Of a stretch of DNA of 64,000 nucleotides, positions 1 to 11,873 are shown piece after piece (the stretch's first letter is position 1; the number at the start of each line of letters is the position of its first letter). The notes below the pieces were generated by a model that did no database searches, was not told the DNA's origin, and saw only the letters and a list, made by a program, of their open reading frames with translations. Source of the stretch: an uncultured Acidobacteriota bacterium (GTDB taxonomy: Bacteria > Acidobacteriota > UBA6911 > RPQK01 > JAPXNP01); contig CAVZRV010000035.1 in assembly GCA_963777605.1 (NCBI GenBank), positions 1 through 64,000 on the forward strand, read 5' to 3'. Both the position numbers and the translations under genes were made by a program.

Positions 1-561
1 CTGAATCGGTTTGAACTGGAGCAGGATCAACAGGCTGCTCCAGCCCTGGCGAGAATCGGTGACATCCTCAAGGCCAAGAGCCCCTATTCCCTCATCAAGG
101 AAGCCGATGTCCTCATCGATCCAGTCGAAGACGTTAACTCCCGGCTGATCGCAGACGGAAGGGTCAAGACTGGTGCAGTTATTGACGGAAGGCAGAAGGC
201 CGTCGAATCAGAGCTTGACAGCGTGGAAGCCGATGAAGGTTTGCGGGCGTCATGCCTGCTCCCTTCGAAGAGCTCCGGCTCCGGCTGAGCCGGGAAACGA
301 GTCTGGCTCACATTGGCCAGCTGGAGCAGCGGGCTGAGCGCTCGGTGGAATCCGCATTTCGGAAGATCGAAGAGTTTCTCAAATCAAAGAAATCTGACGG
401 AGAACAGCCCCCAAGCCCAAACCCAGGAAGGTGATTCAGCCCAAGAACCTGATGCTGAGTGAGTTTCTAAGACCTCTGAGGCCGTCGATGACTTTCTTGA
501 ACGATTGCGCAGCAAACTCCAAGAGGCGATAGAAAGTGGCGAGCGAATCCAGATCAAGTAA
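1..561 (+). CDS. brxC: BREX ATPase BrxC, C-terminal part (5' end outside window; apparent frameshifts near 255 and 420-480)
   Basis: Frame 1 is open from base 1 (LNRFELEQDQQAAPALARIGDILKAKSPYSLIKEA...). Stitched frames end ...VDDFLERLRSKLQEAIESGERIQIK* (TAA 559-561), a BrxC-like C-terminus 4 nt upstream of pglX. Confidence 0.75.
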
Positions 562-565
562 ACCT

Positions 566-3500
566 ATGAACACCTCCCAGCTCAAAGACTACGCGCCGAA
601 AGCCCGACGTGACTTCATCGCTGCCGTCACCGAGCGGGCCGCTCTTTTTGGCCTGACCGAAAGACGATCGAACCCGCTGTTGTCCAGGGCGACGTGGCGC
701 TCATCGGCGGGAAGGCCTTTCCCCCGAGATGTCGCCCAGAAGCGGAGAACGGCTGGAGGAGCGGATCCAGCGCGGAAGGCTTCGAGCAGGTCATGGAGGC
801 CATCGCCTACACCTGGTTCAACCGCTTCGTGGCCATCCGCTACATGGAGCTGCATGGCTACCTCGACCATGGCTACCGGGTCCTGAGCCATCCCGAAGGC
901 AAGGGCCGCCCCGAGATCCTGGACCACGCCGCCGATGTCGACCTGCCGGGCCTGGACCGGGACAAGGTCGTCGAGCTGAAGCTCGACGGGACCAAGGATG
1001 AGGAGCTCTACCGGCTGCTGCTGCTGGCCCAGTGCAATGCGCTGCACCAGGCCATGCCGTTTCTGTTCGAGAAGATCGGCGACGAGACCGAGCTGCTCCT
1101 GCCCGCCAACCTGCTGCACACCGACTCGCTGATCCGCCAGCTGGTCGAGAAGATCGACGAGAGCGACTGGCAAGAGATCGAGATCATCGGCTGGCTCTAC
1201 CAGTTCTACATCTCGGAGAAGAAGGACCAGGTCATCGGCAAGGTGGTGAAGTCGGAAGACATTCCGGCGGCGACCCAGCTCTTCACGCCCAACTGGATCG
1301 TGAAGTACATGGTCCAGAACTCGCTGGGGGCGCAGTGGCTGGCGACCTATCCCCAGTCGCCGCTCAAAGGGCAGATGGAGTACTACATCGAGCCCGCCGA
1401 GCAGACCGACGAGGTCAAGGCGCAGCTCGCGGCCATCACGCCCAGCCAGCTCAACCCCGAGGAGCTGACCCTCATCGACCCGGCCTGTGGCTCCGGGCAC
1501 ATCCTGGTGGAGGCCTATGAGCTCTTCAAGGCCATCTACCTGGAGCGCGGCTACCGGCAACGAGATGTGCCGCAGCTGATCCTCGAGAAGAACCTCTTCG
1601 GCCTCGACATCGACGAGCGGGCGGCGCAGCTGACGGGCTTTGCGCTGATGATGAAGGGGCGGGCGGATGACCGGCGGCTGTTTGAGCGGGGGGTGAAGCT
1701 CAATGTGATGGCGCTGGTGGATAGCGCGGGGTTCGATGCGGAGGGGCTGGCGAAGGGGGTGGAGCTGGCGGACTACGGGCTGAAGCCGGGGGACCTCACG
1801 GAGCTGAAGCGGCTGTTCGAGCACGCGACGACCTTTGGGTCGTTGATTCAGGTGCCGGAGGGGCTGGCGGAGAAGCTGCCGGCGCTGAAGCAGCTGAGCG
1901 AGGCGACCAGCCAGGACCTCTTTGTGTCGGATGCGCTCAAGCGCTTGGGGCCGCTGGTGCAGCAGGCCGAGATGCTGGCGGCGCAGTACGACGCGGTGGT
2001 GGCGAATCCGCCGTATATGGGCAGCAAGGGCATGAACGCCCTGGTGAAGAAGTTCGCCAAGGACACTTTCCCGACGCCAAGAGTGATCTCTTCGCCTGCT
2101 TCATCGAGCGTGGCTACTCGCTTGGCGAAGCAGACCGGGCACAACGCGATGGTCACCATGCAGAGTTGGATGTTCCTCTCATCGTTCCAGAAGATGCGGA
2201 GCAGCTTATTGACGGAGAAGACCATCTGACAGCATGGTCACACATTGGCTACAACGGCTTTCCGAGCGCTGAACTCAGAAGTCGCGCAGGCACTGTATTC
2301 TGCGATTGCGAACTGCCACGATCGAGCTTGTCAGCTCGCACGTTTCGTTGACGACTTCGCAGCGCACGTCAACGCAGACAAGAGCGAAGCCATTCTAGCA
2401 CAAGACTGCGAGTCGTTTGATGTCGCTCAAGACGAGTTCAGAAGATTCCCGGCAGTCCGGTAGCCTACTGGGTAAGTGACGGGTTCAGTCGAGTCTTCGA
2501 GGATGAACGTCATTCGGACATATGCCGACTGTCAAACAGGGATTCGGCACCGGCGACAACGAACGATTCCTTCGTTCTGGCACGAGGTTGATTGGCAGCG
2601 CATCGAGTTTCACGACTGTGACCGATGAGGTCGCACTGCGTCGAAGAAAGTGGTTTCCCTACAACAAAGGTGGCCCTATCGGAAAGTGGTACGGCAACAT
2701 GAGCTATCGTGTTGAATTGGGAACAGATGGGCAAGAAATGTCACTTAACGGCGAAGGACTCAGTGTTCCGCAGTCCTAGACTACTACTTTTCAAGACCTG
2801 TTGAGCTGGTCAGATCATGAGCTCGGCGGCTTTGCGATCCGGTATTTTCCGACAGGTTTCATATTTGATGTAGCTGGGTCTGCTCGATTTTCGCACGATG
2901 CGAGTGACCGCATATTGACCCTTAGGCTTGCTCAATTCGCCAGTTGTGCTACGAGATAGTCAAGCATTCCTCAACCCGACATTGCAACTTTCAGGTTGGG
3001 AGATTTCGGCAGCTCCCTGTCGTGCAGAGATCAAGTTACCAAGATACGAGATGCATGACAGTCATAAGCGATCTGATCGATGCTGGCGAAGAGCGATTGG
3101 GACTGCCTACGAACGTTCCTGGGACTTCCAATCCCTCCCTCTCCTGACGGCCTCCTCCGAACCCACACCCACCCTCGAATCCAGCTACACCGCCTGGATC
3201 ACCCAGAACCGCGACACCATCGCCGAGATGAAGCGCCTCGAAGAGGAGAACAACCGCCTCTTCATCGACGCCTACGGCCTGCAGGACGAACTCACCCCCG
3301 ACGTCCCCATCGAGCAGATCACCCTCACGGTGAACCCCGCCTACCGCTACGGCGGCAAGCTCAGTGAAGAGGAGCAGTGGACCCGCTTCCGCCAGGACAC
3401 CATGCAGGAGCTGGTCTCCTACGCCATCGGCTGCATGATGGGCCGCTACAGCCTGGACGAGCCGGGCCTCATCTACGCCCACAGCGGCAACGAGGGCTTC

Positions 3501-4143
3501 GACCCCAGCCGCTACACCACCTTCCCGGCCGACAACGACGGCATCGTCCCGATCACCGACATCGAGTGGTTCGAAGACGATGCGGCCAACCGTCTCATCG
3601 AGTTCATCTCGGTGGCCTGGGATGCGAACCACCTCGAAGAGAACCTCACCTTCCTGGCCGACAACCTCTCGCCCAAGAAAGAACGAGTCCAGCCGCGAGA
3701 CCATGCGCCGCTACCTCTGCGACAGCTTCTTCAAGGACCACCTGCAGACCTACAAGAAGCGCCCCATCTACTGGCTCTTCTCCAGCGGCAAGCAGAAGGC
3801 CTTCCAGTGCCTGGTCTACCTGCACCGCTACAACGAAGGCACGCTCTCGCGGATGCGCAGCGAGTACGTCATCCCGCTGCAGGGCAAGATCGCGGCGCGC
3901 CTCGAACAGCTCCAGGGCGACATCCAGGCGGCGACCTCGACCGCCCAGAGCAAGCGGCTCGAGAAGGAGCGCGCCCAACTCGAAAAGCAGCAGGTGGAGC
4001 TGCTCGCCTTCGACGAGAAGCTGCGCCACTACGCCGACATGCGCATCACGCTCGATCTCGATGACGGCGTGAAGGTCAACTACGGCAAATTCGGGGATCT
4101 ACTGGCTGAGGTGAAGGCGGTGACCGGGAGTAATCCAGACTGA
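566..4143 (+). CDS. pglX: BREX-1 adenine methyltransferase PglX (multiple frameshifts, mostly in the central specificity region)
   Basis: Start MNTSQLKDYAPKARRDF; motifs AYTWFNRFVAIRYME, IPAATQLFTPNWIVKYMVQNSLG, DPACGSGH (SAM binding), VVANPPY (N6-MTase motif IV), YKKRPIYWLFSSGK and terminal LDLDDGVKVNYGKFG. Confidence 0.93.
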
Positions 4144-6772
4144 TGGATACGAAGCAGCTCAATGATGCCTTGAACCGGCTCTTTTTCGAGGAGGAAGAGC
4201 GGATCGTTTTCTGGCACGATCCACAGAGAGAATTCACAGACGTGGTTTCCGAACTGGAGATCGGGGATGTCGAACTCATTCGCTTGGATGAAGCCGGTGG
4301 TTTGGAAACGAAGATCCGGCTCGAAGACCAGCGGTCCCATGATCAAGTTCCTGCTTTATTCGCCCACTGAAGAACCCGATTTCGAAGAGGATTGGCTGCT
4401 GGACATTCGGCTCTACAGCCGGAGCTTTCGGGCTGATCGTGCTTCGATCATTCTCGAGCAACTCGGGTTGGAGAGCCAATATCTCCGGCAGCATATTGCC
4501 GTTCGCCTCAAGTTCTTCGATAACAAGGAACGGTTTGCCAAGCTGAAAGCACTTGTTGATCCGAACGATTCTCCAGAAGACCTTGATTTGAAAATGCTCG
4601 CCGTTCTGGCCAGGGCGGAGCAGCCCGAACTCCTGAACGTCCTGCGCGCTTTGTTTCACTCCATTACTGACCGTAACAACGATGACGGCCTGGATCTTGG
4701 GGATCCGCCGGATTGCTGGGATCAGATCGAGAAGTTCGATCTGGCCGCTTCCTTCTGGGCATTCATGGAACGGCACTTCAGCTATTCCGAAGAATCGCCG
4801 TCATTCAAGAACCTCTTGATTCGACTGATGGTGACCGACCTGGCGCACTATCTCCAAGGGGGCCTACCCAAGTCGCTCGATCACCTGCTCTTGCCTCCCG
4901 CCGGTCGTTCCAACGCGGTGGTTTGCCTGGCCCAGTGGAGAGACAGCTCGAGTAAGGGTTCGAGCTACGACGTCATCTCGGGAGAAGTCTCCCGGATTCT
5001 TCACCTGCAAGATGTACTCGGTCACTTGCCGTTCGAGGAGCTGATCACGGTCCCCACTTTCCTGGTCGTGGAACAACTCGTCGTGCAAGGCGTGCGAGAC
5101 CGGATCCTTCATTCGGCAGAGACCATTGATCAAGAAGAGATTTGCCGATTTGTAACGCGTCGGCAGGATGGACACTGGGCTTCGCTCAATATTCCCGCCA
5201 CGGAGGTGGCACCTAGAGAGACTTACCATTCCGCCTACGAAGCCGCTACGGCAGCAGCCGGCCTGTTTGCACTTCGCAACCAGCACCGGGATGGACTGGA
5301 ATTCAGCTCACCCACGGAGTTCTACGAAGCCTACGAATCGGAGTTGTTCCATTTCGATCAGATTTACCGGCACTTCTGTGAACAGGCCGACGTCGTCGAG
5401 TCCTTTGGATGGGACCTCCTGAAGGAACTTCGGGAGCGGGTTGAAGCGGTTTACGTGAACTGGTTCCTGGTTCAGGAATCCTTGGCTTGGGGAAACGCAT
5501 GTCGATCCGGCGGGTCGGACAGGGTTGCTGAAATACTGGAGGATCGAAGGGCGCAGCCGGCAGGATGAGTTTTACGAGCGGTTTGTCCGTCCCCAGCTGG
5601 ACGAGTCGGAACGGCGGCGGGTCTTTGTCATTATCAGCGACGCACTGCGCTACGAAGCGGCAGAAGAGCTGACTCAAACCCTTAACGGGAAATACCGTTT
5701 CGAGGCCGAGCTGACTTCGCAGCTGGGAGTGCTCCCGTCTTATACCTCGCTGGGGATGGCGAGTTTGCTCCCTCACGAAGGCCTGAGCTTCAAAGCAAAC
5801 GGGGAGATTCTTGTGGACAACCAGCCCGCAGCAAGTCTCGATCAGCGCAACCAGATCCTTGCTGCCCGGAAAGGCATGGCCTGCAGAGCCGGGGAACTCA
5901 TTGCCCTGAAGAAAGAGGATGGCCGCAAGTTGATCGCTGATCAGAAGGTCGTCTACATCTTCCACAACACCATCGATAGTGTGGGTGAATCCAATGAGGC
6001 TCGAACCTTCCAGGCGGTCAGGCAGTCGATTGAGGAACTCTCAGCGGTTGTCAATTATGTCGTGAACTCACTCAATGGGAACTACGTTCTGGTCACGGCA
6101 GATCATGGGTTCCTGTTTTCGGAAACCTATCCGGATGAAACGGCGAAGAGCGCGCTTTCAGAGAAACCGGCAGGAACGGTCAAGGCCAAACGACGCTATC
6201 TGCTGGGACACAACCTCCCCGAGCACGAGATCGCCTGGCGGGGCCGCACGCTGACGACCGCGGGCGCCTCCGGGGAAATGGAGTTCCTGATTCCACGAGG
6301 CGTCAATCGCTTCAGCTTCATGGGAAGCCAGTTGTTCTTTCACGGGGGGGCGATGCTCCAGGAGATCGTCGTGCCGGTGATCACGGTGCGACATCTCAAG
6401 GGGAAGTCGGCCGAGCAGACGAAGACCAGCACGGTCTCGGTCCAGGTCCTGGGGACCCATCACAAGATCACCACGACCCAGCACCGGTTTGAACTGCTCC
6501 AGATGGAGCCGGTCAGTGAGCGGGTGAAGCCCATCACCCTGAAAGTGGCTGTTTTCGAGGGGGATCAACCGGTTACAGGCATCGAGACGGTGACGTTTGA
6601 GAGTACCTCTGGCAACATGGATGAGCGAAAGAGGACAGTCCGGGTGGTGCTCCAGAATCGAGCTTACGATAAGCGTACTGCTTACAGGCTGGTGCTCAGG
6701 GACGCGGAAACAGACGTGGAACAGTCGAGCGTGGACGTGGTCATAGACAGGGCATTTACCGATGACTTCTGA
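4143..6772 (+). CDS. pglZ: BREX-1 phosphatase-family protein PglZ type A (frameshifts near 4330 and 5500)
   Basis: RIVFWHDPQREF; WLLDIRLYSRSFRADRAS; VFVIISDALRYE; LPSYTSLGMASLLPH; VTADHGF; FFHGGAMLQEIVVP. Start overlaps the pglX stop (TGATG). Confidence 0.93.
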
Positions 6773-8807
6773 AGTGGAAAAGACGGGAGACGAACTTGAC
6801 CTGCTGCTGAATCAGCATTTTTCAGGCCGGGTGGTACGCAAGGACCTCACCAAGCTGGTCAAGGAAGGCGCGAATGTGCCGGTGTATGTCCTGGAGTACC
6901 TGCTCGGGACCTACTGTGCTTCGGCTGATGAAGCGGTCATCCAGGACGGTCTCCGGGACGTAAAGCGCATTCTGGCGGACAACTATGTTCGGCCCGACGA
7001 AGCGGAGAAGGTGAAGTCGACGATCCGTGAGCGGGGCAGTTTCAAGATCATCGACAAGGTGACCGTTCGTCTGAATGAGAAGCGGGACTGTTACGAAGCC
7101 TGGATGTCGAATCTCGGAGCCAAAGCGGCTCAGATCAGCACCGACACCGTCAAGAAGTACGAGAAGCTCCTGGCAGGTGGAATCTGGGCCATCATCACGA
7201 TGGACTACTTCTTTGAAGAGGGCCAGAAGGGCTCCCCGTTCATCGTGAGCCAGTTGAAGCCGATCCAGATGCCCGGAATGGATCTCGAGGAGATCTTCGA
7301 GGGCCGCAAGGCGTTCACCGAGGAACAGTGGATCGACGTGCTGCTGCGGTCAACCGGCCTGGAGCCGAGCCACTTCGAAGTTCGGACCAAGTGGCATCTG
7401 CTCTGCCGCATGGTGTCGCTGGTTGAGAACAACTACAACTCCTGCGAACTCGGTCCCAGAGGTACCGGGAAGAGCCATATCTATAAGGAAATCAGCCCGA
7501 ACAGTATTTTGATCTCCGGCGGGCAGACTACGGTCGCCAACCTCTTCTACAACATTGCTCGCAATACGATGGGTCTCGTTGGCCTGTGGGATGTTGTGGC
7601 TTTTGACGAGGTGGCCGGGATCTCTTTCAAGGACAAGGACGGCGTCCAGATCATGAAGGACTACATGGCGTCAGGATCCTTCGCTCGCGGGAGAGAGCAG
7701 AAGGAAGGCCTGGCCTCGATGGTCTTTGTCGGGAATATCGACAACGTGGAAGTCCTGGTGAAGACCAGTCACCTGCTGGCGCCTTTCCCGGAAGCCATGA
7801 TCGACTCGGCTTTCTTCGACCGATTCCATGCCTATATCCCCGGGTGGGAGATCCCGAAGATGCGGCCGGAGTTCTTGACCAACCACTACGGGTTCATCGT
7901 CGATTATCTGGCCGAGTGGATGCGCGAGATGCGCAAGTACACGTTCGGCGACGCCTGTTTCAAGCACTTCCGGCTCGGCCGCGACCTCAACCAGCGCGAC
8001 ACGATCGGAGTAAAGCACACGGTTTCCGGCCTGCTCAAATTGCTCTATCCGAATGAGGATTACGACAAGGAAGCGGTCCAGCGATGCTTGGAGTATGCCC
8101 TCGAGAGCCGACGTCGAGTCAAAGAGCAGCTGAAGAAGATCGGGGGCATGGAGTTCTACGACGTCCACTTCAGCTACATCGATCAGGAATCGATGGAGGA
8201 GCGGTTCGTCAGCGTACCCGAACAGGGCGGCGGCAAGCTCATTCCCGACGGCCCCCTGAACCCGGGAGTGCTGCACACCGTTTCGCATGGAAGCTCCGGC
8301 CACCTCGGCCTGTACCGTCTGGAGACCCAGGTGACCTCGGGAAGCGGGTCGCTGAAGATGTCCGGTCTGGGGACAAACAGCTCGGCAAAAGAGGCGGTTA
8401 AAGTCGGATTCGACTACTTCAAAGCGAATGCCCATCGCGTCAGTGCTTCGGCCAAGCCGGGAGAGCACGATTTCCATCTTCACGTCGTCGAACTCCAGAG
8501 CACAGGCCCGACGGCTTCGTTGCCGTTGACGACTTTTTTAGCGATGTGCTCTGGCGTCCTCGCAAAACCGCTCCAATCCCAGATGGTGGTTCTGGGCAGC
8601 ATGAGCCTGGGCGGCAACATCATCCCGGTCCAAAACCTGGCCGAGAGTTTGCAGGTTGCATTCGACGCGGGCGCCAAGCGGATCCTCCTCCCCATGGCCA
8701 GCGTCGGTGACATCCCAACGATCCCCGGAGAGCTCTTCGCCAAGTTCCAAACCAGCTTCTACTCGGATCCCACCGATGCGGTGTTCAAGGCATTGGGGGT
8801 GGAGTAG
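6762..8807 (+). CDS. brxL: BREX Lon-like protein BrxL
   Basis: Intact 681 aa ORF; VVRKDLTKLVKEGANVPVYVLEYLLG; Walker A ELGPRGTGKS; Walker B VVAFDEVAG; Lon-like C-terminal domain. Confidence 0.95.
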   Translation: MTSEVEKTGDELDLLLNQHFSGRVVRKDLTKLVKEGANVPVYVLEYLLGTYCASADEAVIQDGLRDVKRILADNYVRPDEAEKVKSTIRERGSFKIIDKVTVRLNEKRDCYEAWMSNLGAKAAQISTDTVKKYEKLLAGGIWAIITMDYFFEEGQKGSPFIVSQLKPIQMPGMDLEEIFEGRKAFTEEQWIDVLLRSTGLEPSHFEVRTKWHLLCRMVSLVENNYNSCELGPRGTGKSHIYKEISPNSILISGGQTTVANLFYNIARNTMGLVGLWDVVAFDEVAGISFKDKDGVQIMKDYMASGSFARGREQKEGLASMVFVGNIDNVEVLVKTSHLLAPFPEAMIDSAFFDRFHAYIPGWEIPKMRPEFLTNHYGFIVDYLAEWMREMRKYTFGDACFKHFRLGRDLNQRDTIGVKHTVSGLLKLLYPNEDYDKEAVQRCLEYALESRRRVKEQLKKIGGMEFYDVHFSYIDQESMEERFVSVPEQGGGKLIPDGPLNPGVLHTVSHGSSGHLGLYRLETQVTSGSGSLKMSGLGTNSSAKEAVKVGFDYFKANAHRVSASAKPGEHDFHLHVVELQSTGPTASLPLTTFLAMCSGVLAKPLQSQMVVLGSMSLGGNIIPVQNLAESLQVAFDAGAKRILLPMASVGDIPTIPGELFAKFQTSFYSDPTDAVFKALGVE

Positions 8808-9054
8808 CTGGTCAGTGTGTGATTGGCGACGATTAGAACTCGCCGTGGCATAAGCCTTTGACGTCAGACGTGGGGGAAAGATTTGTGGCCCGACTGATTC
8901 CAAGGATCGTCTCTTGAGGGCAAGCTTGCTACTTGACGAGCAACTCGAGAAATTCTACGACCATACTGTTCGCCTTCAGCTCAAGTGGGACAGATTGGTC
9001 GACCTGTCAGAACCGAACGCAGTAATTGATTCAAAGCAGGATCGGTAAGATTTT

Positions 9055-9385
9055 TCAACCCTGCTGCACCAGGCTGCCAAGCTCCTTCGGGATGGCAGTG
9101 TTCCGAACCGCGAACGTCTTTTGAATCGCCTCGGCCAGGATTTCGCCGGTGACATCGACTGAACTTGCGAAGAGATGGAGATCGTAGAAATCTTTCATCC
9201 GGCTGTTCGGTTCACCCAACCTCCGATGTTTCGACTCACGTGAGAAGCGCCTCGAGGTTGGGCGGATGATTTTCTTCACCCGGCAAATCGAGGCGTAGTC
9301 AATCAGGTCCTCCATCTTGACCGAACGTCGTTTTCGGTAAAGCCGAATGGCTTCGACGGCTGTGTCGAGCCCAATCCGGCAGGAA
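9055..9385 (-). pseudogene. Fused remnant of a type IV TA (AbiEi C-terminus joined to an AbiEii C-terminal fragment)
   Basis: Minus strand reads RIGLDTAVEAIRLYRKRRSVKMEDLIDYASICRVKKIIRP (AbiEi-like end), then NSRMKDFYDL...LAEAIQKTFAVRNT (AbiEii-like). No N-termini present. Confidence 0.65.
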
Positions 9386-9407
9386 GACTTTGAAGCAGCC
9401 GAGAGGA

Positions 9408-11864
9408 TTACGTCGGAATTTGAATCTGATTCAGAACCGGCGTGTAGAGGTCGGCGGTCAATTCGTCGGTTTCTATGCTGATTACTAAGCTATAGCGCGC
9501 ACGGCGATCCCAGTGATCACGATTGAGTTTCCACCACCCACTCACTGGAAAGACAGCCACGGCGTCCTTCGAGGCGAGATCGGCCGCCGTTCCGGACCAG
9601 ATGTCCGAGTGTACCGACCCGAGGGAACGAAGACCGGGTCCGAGGGTCCATTCAGCGGTGTCAGACGTAGTCGTGTCTTCCCCTTCCTCTCTTGCCGCTT
9701 TGTTCACCCGGCGAACAAACTCGTCGGTCGTCTCTGCCGCAGTCTTGACATCGAATCGCAGTCCAAAAGAAGGGTATTGGTATCTCCCCTTGAACCCCCG
9801 CTTACCTGGTTTCGGTTCGACGAAGTAGGATAGGGTGACCCGTAACTGAACAGGTGCTGCGCCAAGTTCAAGCAGGGCCTCGACTGGCCATGGCAGTGAG
9901 TGGAGATGCATTTCGTTGCTTCGTGCGCCATTGCCAGAGTCGTTCTCACGAAACGGTTGGATGGACTCCTCGATAACGAGCGTTAGCCGACGCCGGAGAC
10001 TATGCAGCGCCGCTTCCTCGTCCGGAATTCCATATCCGTAGCATCGAAGTCGTTGACGAACGTCCTCCCGCCTTCCATCCCCAAACCGGGCAATCATCGT
10101 TGGAGTCCAGCGGGCGGAGTGGACCAAGAGAGCACGGACGGTCTCCGGCCACAAATCCGGGTATTCCGCAAGGATCAATGCCCCCATGCGGGCGACGGCG
10201 GAAGCAGCACCGCTTGTTTCGCCCGATCGGGTGAGGAATCTGAGGCCGTCGCGCCTTCGCGTCGTCAGGACAAGGAGGCTATCCGCCGCCTCGATCGTGC
10301 CGTTGGTGTCAATCGCAAGGTTGCCGCCTTCGAATACAAGGTCAGGCTTGATCACGGCGCTCGGCGGCCAACTCTGAGAAGTCGAATTGGATGGAGCGAA
10401 ATCTCCTTCCGGAGCAACTGATCTCCAGTTTTGAAGGTCCGCTTCGAAGATCTCCGTCAAGTTGGTACAACTGCCGACCGTGAGGGCATTCCAGGCTTGG
10501 GCCGGACTCTGAATTGGAGTTTCCAGGTTTGACTCCGGGTAACTGTAAAGTCGGTCCCGCCAATAAACGTTCCCTGAACTGACTGTAAAGAGTCGTTTCG
10601 GCTCGCCAACTCCGCCGGCCCCTGCAGCGGACTGATCAACCGCCGCGGACCAGGATGACGGAACTCCACTCTCTGCGTAAGCTTCGGTAACAGCCATGGA
10701 GAAAACACGGCGCCGGCTGGGGTTCTGGATCTCCGCTTTTGCCACGGCGGACTCAGTGATCTCACCATAAAGATCGGGCTCGTTCGCCCCGCTAGGCGGT
10801 AAGATCTTGACGTTCTCCAAGATGTGTCGAAGTTCAACCGGATCCGGGGAGAGTAGATGTTGCTCGAGTTCCACTCCGAACAAGGCGAAACCTGCCATCT
10901 CCGTACCATGGCCGTCATGATCGACTCGTCCCCAGGCGTCGTTGTAGGCTTGGGCATCTTCTGGTGCATGTGCCGCCCTGAGAAGAGGATGCTCGTAGTC
11001 GATACCGGTATCGAGAATACAGACTGCGGGAGCATCATTGGCGGGAATCTGGAGTCTTTCCTGGAGCGACTCCACAGCTTCCCTTTCCTCGCGACTGTCC
11101 ATCCCCAGAAACTCGAGAACCAAGCTTCGAGCCCGCCGCAACTCGGCAAGGCTGTCGAGGAGCTCCACGGAGTCTCTCATTCGTACGACGTTCGAATAGG
11201 CGAGGGTCACTGTCCGATCCGGAAAGCGAAGATACTTGTTGCCCGGGAGAATTCCGATGGCACGAGCGGTCGCGCGAAAATGCTCGATGAAAATCGCTCC
11301 CCGGATCCAGACTTCCCACCAGAACTCCCGCTCGGAATCCTCCGGAAGAGGCTCGGCATCAGTCCACAGGTCAGCGAGCACCGCACGGCGGACCTGCTCG
11401 ATGCTGTTGATGAGAACTTCATTCCGCCTTCTGTTGGATTGGGTGATCTTTTCGTCACTCAGGTAGTCTCGGACTTTACTTTCGAAAACCCTCAACTGCC
11501 CATCGGGAACAAAGACACTCGCTGTGGCGGTTTCCGCTGTGATGACATTGAGAGTGAGTAACTGAATCCCCGCCCGATGATCCTCGAGGCTTTCGATCTT
11601 GAGATCGGGATTTAGAGCGAGATCGAAGGTGATGGTCATCCCGGAGCATTGCTCAAGCCCGGCGTTCTCTCTCGATCCCGCAATGTCGAGGGCCGTGGCT
11701 GTGACACGCTCCAGTTGCTCTTGAAGCCGCGTTCCGTGCTGCTGAATTCTCCTTTGGGGATATCGGGGGTTCTTGGGTCCTCCCCCGCCCGGGGGAGTGA
11801 AGTCTCGGGGTTGGGCTGTGTTGCCAAGGAAGATGTGACGGAGTCGATCATCCTGGCCATTCAT
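9408..11864 (-). CDS. S8 (subtilisin-like) serine peptidase, IetS-like toxin
   Basis: 818 aa; catalytic triad ILDTG / HDGHGTEMAG / GETSGAA; KPDLVFEGGN; LRVTLSYFVEPKPG; directly downstream of an AAA ATPase. Confidence 0.9.
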   Translation of the reverse strand: MNGQDDRLRHIFLGNTAQPRDFTPPGGGGPKNPRYPQRRIQQHGTRLQEQLERVTATALDIAGSRENAGLEQCSGMTITFDLALNPDLKIESLEDHRAGIQLLTLNVITAETATASVFVPDGQLRVFESKVRDYLSDEKITQSNRRRNEVLINSIEQVRRAVLADLWTDAEPLPEDSEREFWWEVWIRGAIFIEHFRATARAIGILPGNKYLRFPDRTVTLAYSNVVRMRDSVELLDSLAELRRARSLVLEFLGMDSREEREAVESLQERLQIPANDAPAVCILDTGIDYEHPLLRAAHAPEDAQAYNDAWGRVDHDGHGTEMAGFALFGVELEQHLLSPDPVELRHILENVKILPPSGANEPDLYGEITESAVAKAEIQNPSRRRVFSMAVTEAYAESGVPSSWSAAVDQSAAGAGGVGEPKRLFTVSSGNVYWRDRLYSYPESNLETPIQSPAQAWNALTVGSCTNLTEIFEADLQNWRSVAPEGDFAPSNSTSQSWPPSAVIKPDLVFEGGNLAIDTNGTIEAADSLLVLTTRRRDGLRFLTRSGETSGAASAVARMGALILAEYPDLWPETVRALLVHSARWTPTMIARFGDGRREDVRQRLRCYGYGIPDEEAALHSLRRRLTLVIEESIQPFRENDSGNGARSNEMHLHSLPWPVEALLELGAAPVQLRVTLSYFVEPKPGKRGFKGRYQYPSFGLRFDVKTAAETTDEFVRRVNKAAREEGEDTTTSDTAEWTLGPGLRSLGSVHSDIWSGTAADLASKDAVAVFPVSGWWKLNRDHWDRRARYSLVISIETDELTADLYTPVLNQIQIPT

Positions 11865-11873
11865 CGTAAGAGC

